A stretch of 64,000 nucleotides of DNA from positions 7,192,001-7,256,000 of the forward strand of contig OX597821.1 in the NCBI GenBank assembly GCA_951406725.2. The letters run 5' to 3'. Every line of letters starts with the position of its first letter. Positions within the stretch are counted from its first letter, which is position 1. The position numbers and the translations under genes were made by a program. The notes beneath the pieces were generated by a model. That model did no database searches. It was not told the DNA's origin and was given only the letters and a program-made list of their open reading frames with translations. Origin of the DNA: Octopus vulgaris. Lineage: Eukaryota. Shown piece by piece: positions 51,901 to 64,000 of this stretch.

Positions 51901-52387
51901 CTGACTCTCTTCGACTTGAACAGACGTAGTGAAGTGTAAACAAGTATGAACTACCGCCACCACCACCACCACCACCATCATCATCACTACTACAATTATC
52001 ACAACTACTAACAGAAATAGTAGTATTATCTATTATACTATTACTACAACTACTACTACTACTAATATTGTTACTCTAATGCAGTGCGTGTGTCAATGCA
52101 GCCATTTTGTTTGGTCCTCGACTGTATAGTACTGTTGTTGTTAGTACGTTAGTGTCTATCTATCTACAAACCCCTCTCTCTCTCTCTCTCTCTCTCTCAT
52201 AGTATATCTGTATGTTCTATATAGACACATCTAGCACGCTTTCTATATATAAATCTATCCCTTTCTATCTCCAGCTCGCACTCTTTCTTTCTCTCCCTCC
52301 CTCTCCCTCTTCCTCTCCCCTTCTCTCACTTCTTTCTCCTCCTTCTCTTTCTCTGACCCCGCCTCTCTTTCTGTCTCTCTCTCTTTT

Positions 52388-52446
<59 letters not shown>

Positions 52447-52972
52447 CCATATACACACACACACATACGTGTCTCCCGCCATCTCTCTATCTTTCACTCA
52501 TACTCTCCCTCATCCAAAGAGCGACAAAACTGATTGAGTGAGTGGGAGGGTAAGAGAGAAAGAAAGAGAGAGAGAGAGAGAGAGAGCGAATGTCAGCTTC
52601 TCTCTTCTCATCTCATCTTAGGTGAAATAGTAGCAATAATAGTATTTCTACTAAGACAGTAATAAGTAATAATAATCATAACAACAACAGCAGCAACAGT
52701 AAAAATAATAATAATAATAGTACTACTACTATTACAACTAATAGTAGTAGCAACAGCAACAGTAGTAGTAGTAGTAGTAATAGTAGTTGTTGCAGCCGCA
52801 GCAATCGCCACCGCCTTACCACCACCACCTCGACAACTACCACCACCACCACCACTACTACTGCTAACTAAGTAAAGCTCGAAACCCTCTAGCAGTACGC
52901 ACAGCCAGTAAGTTGTAGTCTGGCGAAATCCGGGGGGCCTTTAGGACCTCCACTGGTCTATTGCGATACTAA

Positions 52973-53024
52973 ATGGAACTGGAAAATATTGTTGCGAATA
53001 CGGTCTATATAAAGGCACGAGAAG
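52973..53024 (+). CDS. First coding exon of a GRK4/5/6-subfamily G protein-coupled receptor kinase (Gprk2-like); remainder of the window is probably intron 1
   Basis: ATG at 52973 reads MELENIVANTVYIKARE(G), nearly identical to the GRK5/6 N-terminus MELENIVANTVLLKAREG. It is followed by a consensus donor AAG|GTGAGT at 53025 (52 nt, phase 1). No exon-2-like KGKSKKW sequence seen downstream. The exact orthologue cannot be assigned. Confidence 0.93.
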
Positions 53025-54462
53025 GTGAGTACATGATTCTTCTCTTATCATTTTATACATCGACCAACACTCATATATATATTTTACATACATATCTGTA
53101 TATATATATATATGTATGTGTATACACAGAGAAAGCGAAATAAGACTGGTTTCTGGCTCAGTTCTTCTTACATCAATGACTCTTTAAAATTATTTCCTGT
53201 CGTTAATGTTTTATATCGTTCGTTGGTTCACATATTTTTTGGTCGTAGTTTGTAGTCTGTCGAAGTCTTATCACTTTAATATTGTTATCGTTATTATCTA
53301 CATCTTAGGTGTGAATGTCCATTCATGGCCACCACCCCATTCTATATTCTATGTACTGGCTACATATATTCTTCCACCCTTATCTCGTTTTTAATACAAA
53401 CTCTCTCTCATGTCCACACACACACACACACACAATATACGTTGGTCTATTCTTACCTACTTAGCTATTTATACATATGTACACACCTCTGTTCTTCCAT
53501 TCATACACCGATCTCGGTACCACATCTTTCCATTCTACCAAATTATATACCCGAACATTCTACAATTTGGTATCTATCTCTCTCTCCTCTATGTATTCGT
53601 CCGTCAGTCCGTCTTCTTGTCTCTCTATCAGTAACCTACCTATCAGTTTCTTTTCAGTCTATCATTTCAGCTTGGCTATAATGAAATAAATCTATCACAT
53701 TTATTCCCCACCTGCATTACATACCATCAATATACATTCACATACTGTTAAGAAATCCATTTAAATGTTCACCATGTGTTTTCTGAATATATACATATAT
53801 ATATATGTGTATATATAATATACATACACACACGCACTTATACATGGTTGTTGCCAGCTGTAGGCGTTGGGCCATTATCTCATTTAGCCTCTCTACCTCT
53901 CTTCCTGTCTTTTAAAACCCTGGAATAATATATTAACTATTTTCCTGTCACACTACACACTTTATAAAACCTACCGTATCCATATATACCACTCACGCTA
54001 TAAAACACACACGCATCTGTTGAGGCATGTTGTCTCCTGTAAGAAGTTTAATTTTTTAATTTAAAATTTAAATGAAGAGTTTTGACTGTTTCTCGTTCAT
54101 TACAATATTTCTTTCCCGTTTTGTAATTCGAATGAAATTGTGTAGTATGTATGATAGACACATACGTATGTCTCTAAGTATATATATATATATATATATA
54201 CACGCTGTCCATAAGACTTGTAAACGTGAAAAGAGCTTCCTGGTCGTGTGTTTTTTCTGCTGCCCCCATCTTCTCTCTCTCTCACTCTATCATATATATA
54301 TGTATATACGCGCACATGCAACTGTGTATTATACATTTAAAATAAATGTATGTATATAATCAACTTCCGTTTCTTTAGTGATTACAAGTGCTACCCTTCT
54401 ACACTCGTTTCCCCCTCACGTGTATGTAATCATGTGTATATATATATAGATAGATGTGTGCG

Positions 54463-54521
<59 letters not shown>

Positions 54522-54584
54522 ATGTGTGTAGTCATATAGTTTATTCTTTTTTTTTTTCAACCTCTCTTTAGTACTTCACATTCA

Positions 54585-54623
<39 letters not shown>

Positions 54624-54830
54624 AACATATCCGTTTAAATTGCACACACACACAAATGTATGTGTATATATGTATATATATACATATATATATATAATGG
54701 GTGTGTGTGTATCCATTGTCCTATGGTTGTGTGTGTGCATGTGTTATGTTGGTATGTAAAAGAATGTCACCCGTTTACTGTTCTGATACCCATGTTACAG
54801 TCGCATTCAGGAATACCGTGTGCGTGTGTG

Positions 54831-54882
<52 letters not shown>

Positions 54883-55547
54883 CCTATTTCTTTCGTGTGT
54901 TATTGCATGTATACACACGTGTCTGTGTTTTAATATATATATATGCACGTTGTATGCATCTGTTTATATATGTGTGTGTGTGTATGTAGGGTGAATGAGC
55001 TTTTTTTCCCCGAAATGTATATATTCATCAGTTCTGCTTGTCTATCATTCTCAGTTCGAACATCAGACTACTTGTTTGAGTGCCATAAATAACAGAATCG
55101 GCGGAGAAATCATATTCAGTGACATTCCTTTTATATTTACGTTTCTTTGCGATCAGAGTTCGATTCTCGCCGTGGCCGACTGTACCCTTTTTGACTTTTT
55201 TTCTCCCTGGCGTTTCCCCATCTTGAATAGTTTATCGAGGCGATTCTTCGGTATTGGTATCCAGGATATCGGTATGAGGAAACGACGTCATTCACTCTCT
55301 TTTTTCGCCCTAGCCTCTTTATCTATGTCATGAGGGAAGGTTGTGCGTGAACGATGCCGTCTACCAATACCGAAGGATTGCCAATTTGACATCGGTGAGA
55401 TTTGAACTCAGAGCGTAACTAAATATTACAAGCATTTGTCCGACTATCTAACGATCTCTAGTTGTCCTCCACCCTCTATAAACCAAAGTACCCGTTGTTG
55501 ATTAATCTGAGGTTAGCTCTGATCAAATTGACACACCTATATACATA

Positions 55548-56891
55548 TCTTGTTTCAGACATTGGATTGCGGTCAGGCACGCCTTGAAGTGTTTAGTCGA
55601 ACAAATCGACCTGAGTACTTGTTTGTTTTTAAAGCATAATACTTATTCTTTCGGTCTCTTTTTGCCGAATCCCTAATGTTAACGGGGACGTAAACAAACC
55701 ATCACCAGTTGTCAAGCGGTGGTAGGAGACACACAGAGTTATATACGATAGGCTTCTTTCAGTTTCCGCCTACCAAATCCGCTCACAAGGCTTAGGTTAG
55801 GATGGGCTATAGTAGAAGACACTTGTCCAAGGTGCTACACCGTGGGACGGGAGTGAACCCGAAACCATGTGGTTGGAAAGCAAGCTTCTTACCACACACA
55901 CACACACACACAGTACTTTATCCATTGTCTTTTTAATTTATGATAACAGTACGATCTGAAGGACATGTGGCTACCGTTTTCAGCAAACCAACAGGCCGGG
56001 TAGATGTAACCTTTTTTTTTTTTTTTAACTCAACTCGGAAAAGACTTCCTCTTGTACCCACCCCTATATTTTTTTTTGTTAATATTACACACGGTGGAAA
56101 ATTGATTTTCTACCATGTTTTATAATAATAATAATAATAATGATGAGAAAGTCATGAAAATTGAGAATCTCTGTTGTATATTCATACCACCCCGCCCGGT
56201 GTACGTGTCCGTGTTGAATCTTTGATCTGTTACTACGTTATTCATATGGAGGTAACCTCTATACGTGACTTCCTTGTTCAGCCCTCAAATCACACGGCTT
56301 CCCTGCCTTGTATAAAAGAACATTTTGAATAATGTGCTTCCGAGGGCTACTCGATCAGGGCTGGCCAGGGGCTAAACAACTTGTTGATGTTGAATAAATC
56401 TTGTCTCTGACACGGTAAGTCTATATATATATATGCGGTCGCTCTCCATGCTAGAAAGAGCAGACAAATCTTCAAACGACACTGCTGTCTTATAACAAAC
56501 AGATGGACTATATTGACATATGTAGTCCTCGATATACAACGTCCAGTAGAAAAACACAATGGTTACGGTTGGAATGTTTTCCAACTGTTCATAGATTCAC
56601 TAAATCAGGGTCAACTTGAAGCTAAACAACCTTATGTGATTATGGTGGCGGTGTTTGCGCTGATTGGCGCTGTCATTTGTCGTCGTCGTCATCATATCCG
56701 CTGTCAACCACAACTCTTGTGTGTCAAGCAAGACTCCTTCGGCTTTGTCATGCTTTTGTGTGAGTCTTGTTAGTCATTGCTTGCTTACACTGAAATTCAT
56801 CTTTTCCAACGTCTCTCTCTACTAAACTTCACTGGCTAATTGTATGTGAATGAGTGTGCGTGTATTTATGTATGTACGTGTGTGAAAGTGA

Positions 56892-56930
<39 letters not shown>

Positions 56931-57525
56931 GTGTGTGTATATAGTAAACACCTGCGCATATGGAGTGGATGTCGCTTATAGTGATCATATTATTTCGGGT
57001 AATAATAACTGGTTGATGATAACATTTAGCTGAGAATATGGCACCTTGAACCTTTAATTGTAATTAGCGGGAAATTTTATATTCTTCTTGCAGCGATTCA
57101 CTAATTTTAATCAGTATAACTGTTTACTCTTTTACGTGTTTCAGTCATTTGACTGCGTCCATGCTGGAGCACCGCCTTCAGTCGAACTAATCGACTCTAG
57201 GTCTTATTCTTTGTAAGCCTAGTACTTATTTTATCGGTTCTCTTTTGCCGAACTGCTAAGTTACGGGGACGTAAACACACCACCATCGGTTGTCAAGCGA
57301 ATGTGGGGGGACAAACTCAGATGCACAAATACTTATCTATCTATCTATATACATACATACATACATACACGACGGGCTTCTTTCAGTTTCCGTCTTCCAA
57401 CTTCACTCACAAGGCTTTTGGTCGGCCCTAGACTATAGAAGACACTTGCTCAAGGTGCCACGCAGTGGGACTGAATCCGGAACCACTTGGTTGGAAAGCA
57501 AGCTTCTTACCACACCGCTACTCCA
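55548..57525 (-). mobile_element. Two SINE B copies (55548-55900, 57125-57525)
   Basis: reverse matches. Confidence 0.8.
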
Positions 57526-59214
57526 TTAACCGTATAGATAATAATAATAAACTGCTGTGTGTGTGTGTAGTACACACGCTCACTCTGCCATTCAGGTCGC
57601 TCATCACACGTCAATTAGGTCACCATAGCTAGCGCGCTTTACTTTTGATCTCTTGGTTGTTGCGATTTACAATTTGATAACCATATCCAGAGCTTAGGTT
57701 CATTCTAATAAGCGAATTATTTAAAATTTTCATCAGGTATTTGTGATTTACTAATTCAAATAACAATAACTGGTTGATAATAAATATCGTCTGTGAATAT
57801 ATTAATCGTATGTCTCAGGTGTCAAAAAAGAATCAAATTTCTTAGTGACAATTATTTCTAGTCTTTTCAAATCTCGCCGGTATCAATTTTGCCTTTCATC
57901 CTTTCAGGAGTCGATAAAATAAAGTAGCAGTCAAGTCCTGGGGTCGATGCAATCGACTAACCCCCACCTCTTCACAAAATCACTGACTTTGTGTCTAGTT
58001 CAGAAACCATATTGCCTCGGTGTGTGTGTACGTACATAAATATACGCACGTACGAATGGTAAGAAGATGAATCTTGTACAATATTCGACAATCTGGTTAG
58101 TAGTGCACAAAAATAAAATTCGTAGCAGTATGAATATAATGTATTTGGGTTTGTCGTTGATCGTAACCACTTCATGAAAGCTAGTATTGTAATAAACAAA
58201 GCTTAGTTTGCTAGAAACAATAACCAAATTCCTTCAAATCACACCTTACCGTCTTAAATTAATAGAAATCCATTAGATGACAAGATCGTCAAGGAATGCT
58301 TGTAAGTATAGAATATGAGGGCTGACGTGGGGTTTATACATAAAAAAAACTAACATTATACCTGCAGCAAATGTTTTGTTATATTCGCAGTGTGTCAATG
58401 ATGCGAAATTTAATCCACTGATGAGACCTCATGTCATTTGTACAGTATATTGTAGTCGCCGCGGCTAGTCACACAGCCAAACTGATTTATCGACCTGTGG
58501 AGAATGAATAAAATTAAAAAGAACCGACATTATTTTGGTCAATTCTCTCATGCAATCTGGATCCGAAATGCCCCAATCAGTTCGTTATATTCAAATAGAT
58601 ACCACATGATATAAGGACTCAAGATTCTCAGATTTGAGTTCGCATCCAATCATATTTTAACATTGTGCAGTTGTTTTTGACACCTCTTATATGCTGATAT
58701 TGATTTCAGCTTCAATGTGTGCAACCAGTATTGCTTTTTAGGCGAGGCCAAACTATCTTTATTCTGAGCATCCTGCCGTAAAATTGAAGACTTAGAAGAC
58801 CTGTAGTGTGAACTCCTGATTAAAGCCGTGTGTGGATGGTTTAGTGGAAAATGGAAATTTGGTTTCTTTATTGATCGAAGGGTTACGTAGAAGCCCCCTC
58901 TCCCACTTCGTTCAGTTGTCAAATTGCTTAGCTGAAGGTCAGCCTTGATCGAACGATTCAAAGACGTTCTTTTGGTGAACATGTCTTTTATATCGTGATC
59001 CGCATTATCCGATATGGGTTAATATGCAGCTTATTAAAATAGTAGAAGTAAATTGCTCTTATAAACTGAAAGTATAATGCGATATACACTGGAGATCCTA
59101 TAATTTCAAATAAACAATGTGACGTACCAATGTATCCATTAGAAAAAATGTACATATATTTAATATAACATTAAATTCGTACATATGTTTTATATAAGAT
59201 GAATACAATCACAT

Positions 59215-59450
59215 TTACGGGAAAGTATAACAGTCATTGGACCACGAAATGAGATTCGTAAATAGTTTTTCAGAATCTCTAAATTTGTTTTGCCACACAT
59301 GTTCATGAAGATATGATGTAAATAAATCATAAGTGTTCCCACATTGTTGCCTGATTTTCTTCTTGACGATCATCAACTTCCTAGAGTCTGTACGGATGCT
59401 GTCATCGTTTGGATAAACAAGATTGGGTGAATGGTTGACAACTTGTATAG
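59215..59450 (-). mobile_element. Merlin/IS1595-type transposase C-terminal remnant
   Basis: VNHSPNLVYP...G.TYDLFTSYLHEHVW resembles Merlin VNHS..FV.P..SYL.EF.WR. Confidence 0.65.
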
Positions 59451-60696
59451 AAGTTGCTGAGACCCCATATAGGAAGCCCACCATCGAATATCAAACCTGT
59501 TACATCACTGTCGTCACTTCCGGTTTCTATCTCAGTTTACTTTCACTTTTTAGGGACAATCTTCATTTATCCATGCTAACCCCAATGTCCTTCCCCACTT
59601 TTCTTTAAACACTATAACGTGATCTGAGGGAGACCTGGCTGCTATTTTTACCATATCGTGAGGCCACATATGTCCTCACTTAATTTGTCAAATTTGCTTT
59701 GTTGCTTAGGTCATCCTCGAATGAGCAGACCCATGAACAAAGGTGATTCAAACCGTTTCTGAGACTGCATCAAGGACTACATTGTGCATTATTTTCGCTC
59801 TTTTAAGACTTAATGTATGACTTGAAGGAGATTTGGCTGCTATTTCTCGTAAGCCAACCGATCACTTAAGGGTTCTCTCACGTTTTCATTTTGTTTTGAC
59901 GGGCGTCCTCAATTGGATAGTAAATTACCAACTAACATCGTCCGTGACCCGATTTCAATTCTTAATTAACAATCCAATGCCTGACGTCATTGGTATTAAT
60001 AAAGGCGCGGACACTTCATACAGAAATATTTGGAGCAATATGTTGCTCAAGTACCAGGTTAGTTACGGAAGCATTCAATCACACAATAAAAACAAAATAA
60101 CTGTCATTTTCTTGTGTGCCCTTCCCCGGCCTTTTCATCAAATTTCTGTTTTTTACTTGTTTTATTATTACTTTTTATTTAATGTATCTAGCGTCGCATG
60201 TTTGTCCTTGCTCACCCTTAATCGAGTATACTCACGTTCAAAGGCACTCCAACCGTGACTGTCATGTCTTTTAATGAAATTTAGTGTATTAGCTAATGGT
60301 ATGTGTCCGTGTGAGGTTTTTTGAAGACCATAGCGTATAATTTTAGGGAGATTTAGCTGTTATTTCTAGCCTGTCGAGTCACTGGATTATTTATTTATAT
60401 CTGCTCTTTCGTTGACGGTCTTTAAGCATGTGTTCAGTTCCTTATTCGTTTTCGAAACCTTCTTCACACTTGGCATGTCCAGCGCTGACTAGGTGTCGAC
60501 CCTTACTTCATTAAAGTGAAGACATCTGTCGTTATTTATTTTCTTTTTAAATACCATATTGCTAAAAACGTGATTCAACATTAGTGGTTTTGTGTGTGTG
60601 TAAAACATTGAGTTGTTTAAAATACACGTATCAATAAAAATAGTGTTTTGTATTCAGTGAATTTTGCGGTACATGACAATATTGTAATATTCTTAT

Positions 60697-62208
60697 CCGG
60701 CATAGTTGTGCGGTTAAGAAGATCGCTTTGCGAACATGTGGTTTCGGGTTCAGTTCAACTGCAGGGTACTTTGAGCAGGTGTGTGTCTTCTATAATAACC
60801 CCGAATTGAACAATGCCTTGTGAAGGGAATTTGATAGTGAGAGCTGTGGAATTCCGTTGTGTGTGTGTGTGTGTGTTTTCCCCCCACACCTGTCGCTTGA
60901 CGACAGGTGATGGTTTGTTTACGGTCCCTGTAAACAACAGAATAAATGCCAGATTTCGCAAAACAAAAATAAATATAATAGAGTACTGGGGTACATCTGT
61001 TTTACTAAACCCTCCAAGGCGGTGCCCCAGCATGACCGCTGACTAATGACTGAAATAAAAAAAAAAAATTGTCGGGTGATACCCGCCGACTGGGTCATTC
61101 ATGCCTGTGTACTCAGCACATCTTCCTCATCTTTACAATACCGAAGTGTCCTGTCTTTGAAAACGGCACTAATCTGTTTTACACTGTTTGTGGTATACAA
61201 GTATGGCGGAAGTTGCCCCCGAATATCTTTATATTTTTTACCAGGCGCAGGAGTGGCTGTGTGGTAAGTAGCTTGCTTACCAACCACATGATTCCGGGTT
61301 CAGTCTCGCTGCGTGGAACCTTGGGCAAGTGTCTTCTACTATAGGCTCGGGCCGACCAAAGCCTTGTGAGTGGATTTGGTAGACGGAAACTGGAAAAAGC
61401 CCATCGTATATGTATGTATTTGTATGTGTGTCTGTGTTTGTCCTAACATCACTTGACAACCGATGCTGGTGCGTTTACGTCCCCGTAACTTAGCGGTTCG
61501 GCAAAAGTAACCGATATAATAGGCTTACAAAGAATTAGCCCTGGGGTTGATTTGCTCGACTAAAGGCGGTGCTCCAGCATGGCCACTGTTAAATGACTGA
61601 AAAAGTAAAATGAGCAACAGAGTAAAAAGAGAATATTACTTGTTTCAGTCATTAGACTGTGGCCATGCTGGGGCACCGTTTTGAGGAATTTGAGTATTTC
61701 TTTTCTCCCCCTTTTTAAAAAATTTGTCGTTTATTCTATCGAACTGCTAAGTTACGGGGTCGTAAACACACCAACACCGGTTGTCAAGCGGCAGTGGGGG
61801 GCGGCGGCTAACATACATACACACACACACACGACGGGATTCTTTCGGTTTCAGTCTACCAGATGCACTCGTAAAGTTTCGGTCAGCCCGAAGCTATATT
61901 AAAAGACATTTGGCCAAAGGTGCCATGCAGTGGGACTGAACCTGGAACCATGTGATTGGGAAGCAAACTTCTTACCACACAACCATGTCTGCGCCTATTA
62001 GATACGCCCTACTTCCTTTTTTTTTACTTTTGCCTATGGTCCATAGGTGTTGGTGTGTTTACGACCCCGTAACTTAGTTCGATAGAATAAGTGACAAACT
62101 TTAAAAAAAGGGGGAGAAAAGAAATACTGAGGGTCAATTTGTTCAACTAAAAATTCCTCAAAACGGTGCCCCAGCATGGCCACAGTCTAATGACTGAAAC
62201 AAGTAATA
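60697..62208. mobile_element. SINE B cluster: 60697-61070 +, 61243-61630 +, 61634-61997 -, 62046-62208 +
   Basis: family matches in mixed orientation. Confidence 0.85.
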
Positions 62209-62994
62209 ACATTCTTAGGACTTCTCCGTTCTCTTGCACTGCTAACAAATGCCGAAATAAGTATAGAATTTAGCACATCGTGATAATAAAAAAAAAAACT
62301 GCCTGAAAACTGTCAACTCATTCAATGACCTACAAAATACTTCGATTAAATTTGAATATATATTTTTTTTTTTAAGAAGAGGTTCGAGCCCACAATGAAC
62401 ACGGGCCGCGGTGCCCCTGTTCCCCACTATTATTGGGATTTCAAACCCCAAAACGGCCTGTTTATTCCTGTCCTTTTAGGATAGGGGTCCACAACCACCG
62501 GGCTGCACAAAAAGAATAAATCTTAAAATATCATTTATATTTTACTGAATATCGTAATCAGCAAGAGTGTTTTATTTTGAAGTATTCTAATGGTTAAGGT
62601 GTTGCACTCACGATAGGGAGGTCTTGGTTTCGATTCTTAGACCTGCTGTGCATCTGAATCGTGTTGAGCAAAACGATTCATTCCACGTTGCTACAGTCCA
62701 CTAAGCTGTAAACGGGTAGCCTTGTGACAGAATGGGGTACAAAGGTGAGATGGTGACAAGGGAAAATCAGCCGAACGGAAGGCTTGCGAGCCTCGTTTTG
62801 TATTTAGCGAACGACAGCCCCTACTGTGAGTCCTGGTTGGTTGGGGTTGGTTGTTCAACCACGTTGAAGGTCAACAATAGCAACAGCAATTTTGAAAAAT
62901 TACCATTTAGTGATCTCCCGGTACATGGAAAAATTGTCTTGCGTGAAACCCGTCGGAGGTGCAGAAAAGGGCCAGGTATCGCTGCTTTTTCTTG

Positions 62995-63343
62995 TATTCT
63001 TTTACTCGCTTCAGTCATTAGACTGCAACCTTGCTGGGGTACCGTACTAATGTGTTGTTTTTTAAAGCCTGCTAGTTATTCTATCGCTCTCTTATTGTCG
63101 AATCGCTGAGTCACGGGGCTGTAAACAAACCAATACCGGTTGTAAAGCGGTGGCGCAGGACAAACACAGAAACATACTTACACATATACACACCCACCCA
63201 CATAGCCACGCCATATATATATATATATATATGGCGTGGCTATGTGGTAAGGAGCTTGCCTCCCAATCACATGGTTCCGGGTTCAGTCCCACTGCATGGT
63301 GTCTTGTGAATGGATTTGATTGACGGAAACTGAAAGACGCCCG

Positions 63344-63345
<2 letters not shown>
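62995..63345. mobile_element. SINE B fragments in opposite orientations
   Basis: tail on -, head on +. Confidence 0.65.
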
Positions 63346-63391
<46 letters not shown>

Positions 63392-63625
63392 CGTTGAATA
63401 GATAGAACACAACAAAGGGGAAAATTTGGTGAAAACCAAGCAAACGGTAAATTAGACAAAAACATAATAATACATAATATTTAAAGGAGATGGTTGTATA
63501 GATTATCTATTGTTCTTTTACGAAAACCTATGTAATGTGTTTATGCTAAAGAAGTCATTCTATCTGATATTGGCAAGAACACAGGAGGTGCATCGCCGAA
63601 GAAGAACAGCAGCAGCAGCAACAAT

Positions 63626-63992
63626 AATAAGAGCATTCAGAAAGCGCAAACCTCCGCCAAAACAGCACCAATGTCCTCTCAACGATTAGCCAGGGATGAG
63701 TTTTAAAATGAGAATATCTGAAATAAACGAGAATGCTAAAAATGAACCCAACTGCTCTCAAAAATTAGATTTAAAAAAAAAAAAAACAGGAAAAATAATC
63801 CAGAATCTTTTGTCCGGTACCGGATCGATCCCAAAATCTAATCAGTTCGTGCCAGTCACGAGGCGAAACATCTCTGAAAGCTTCATCCGAATCCATCCAG
63901 CGGTTCTTGAGATATCTTGTTCATGGACAAACAAACAAACAAACAAACACGACTGAAAACAATATCCCCGCCTTAGCAAAAGCGGAGGTAAT
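63626..63992 (-). mobile_element. Helentron-derived non-autonomous element (HINE/DINE-like)
   Basis: reverse strand starts attacctccgc, has a (GTTT)n tract, and ends with subterminal IR ggcggaggt plus terminal hairpin. Confidence 0.75.
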
Positions 63993-64000
63993 AATGTTCT

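Noticed and set aside
50491-51943. 413-aa and 394-aa S/L/F-rich ORFs
   Set aside because: Reverse translation of the GA-rich tract.
53003-53013. tatataaag as a TATA box
   Set aside because: It lies within the GRK coding exon (codons Y-I-K).

Overview
Eukaryotic, AT-rich, microsatellite-saturated DNA. It is most likely from a coleoid cephalopod (Octopus-like), inferred from the SINE and microsatellite landscape rather than proven. Almost all ORFs in the supplied track are translations of simple repeats. Recognisable host coding sequence: (i) first coding exon of a GRK4/5/6-type G protein-coupled receptor kinase (52973-53024, +, missed by the ORF track), after which the window looks like its intron 1; (ii) a 70-codon, apparently spliced 5' fragment of SCCPDH embedded in a ribozyme-bearing element (-). 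The rest is mobile DNA: at least five SINE families, mariner/Tc1, hAT, MULE-like, piggyBac-like, Merlin, Helitron and Helentron elements, L1/Tx1 and RTE fragments, an internally deleted Ty3/gypsy and an ORF1-only LINE. The hidden layer is a set of small non-coding elements, mostly in (TA)n arrays, carrying hammerhead-ribozyme (HHR) motifs of the Penelope/retrozyme kind. One tandem pair (45552-46604) has the three hammerhead strands in an order that fits none of types I/II/III. All alignments and folds were done by eye; no database searches were run.
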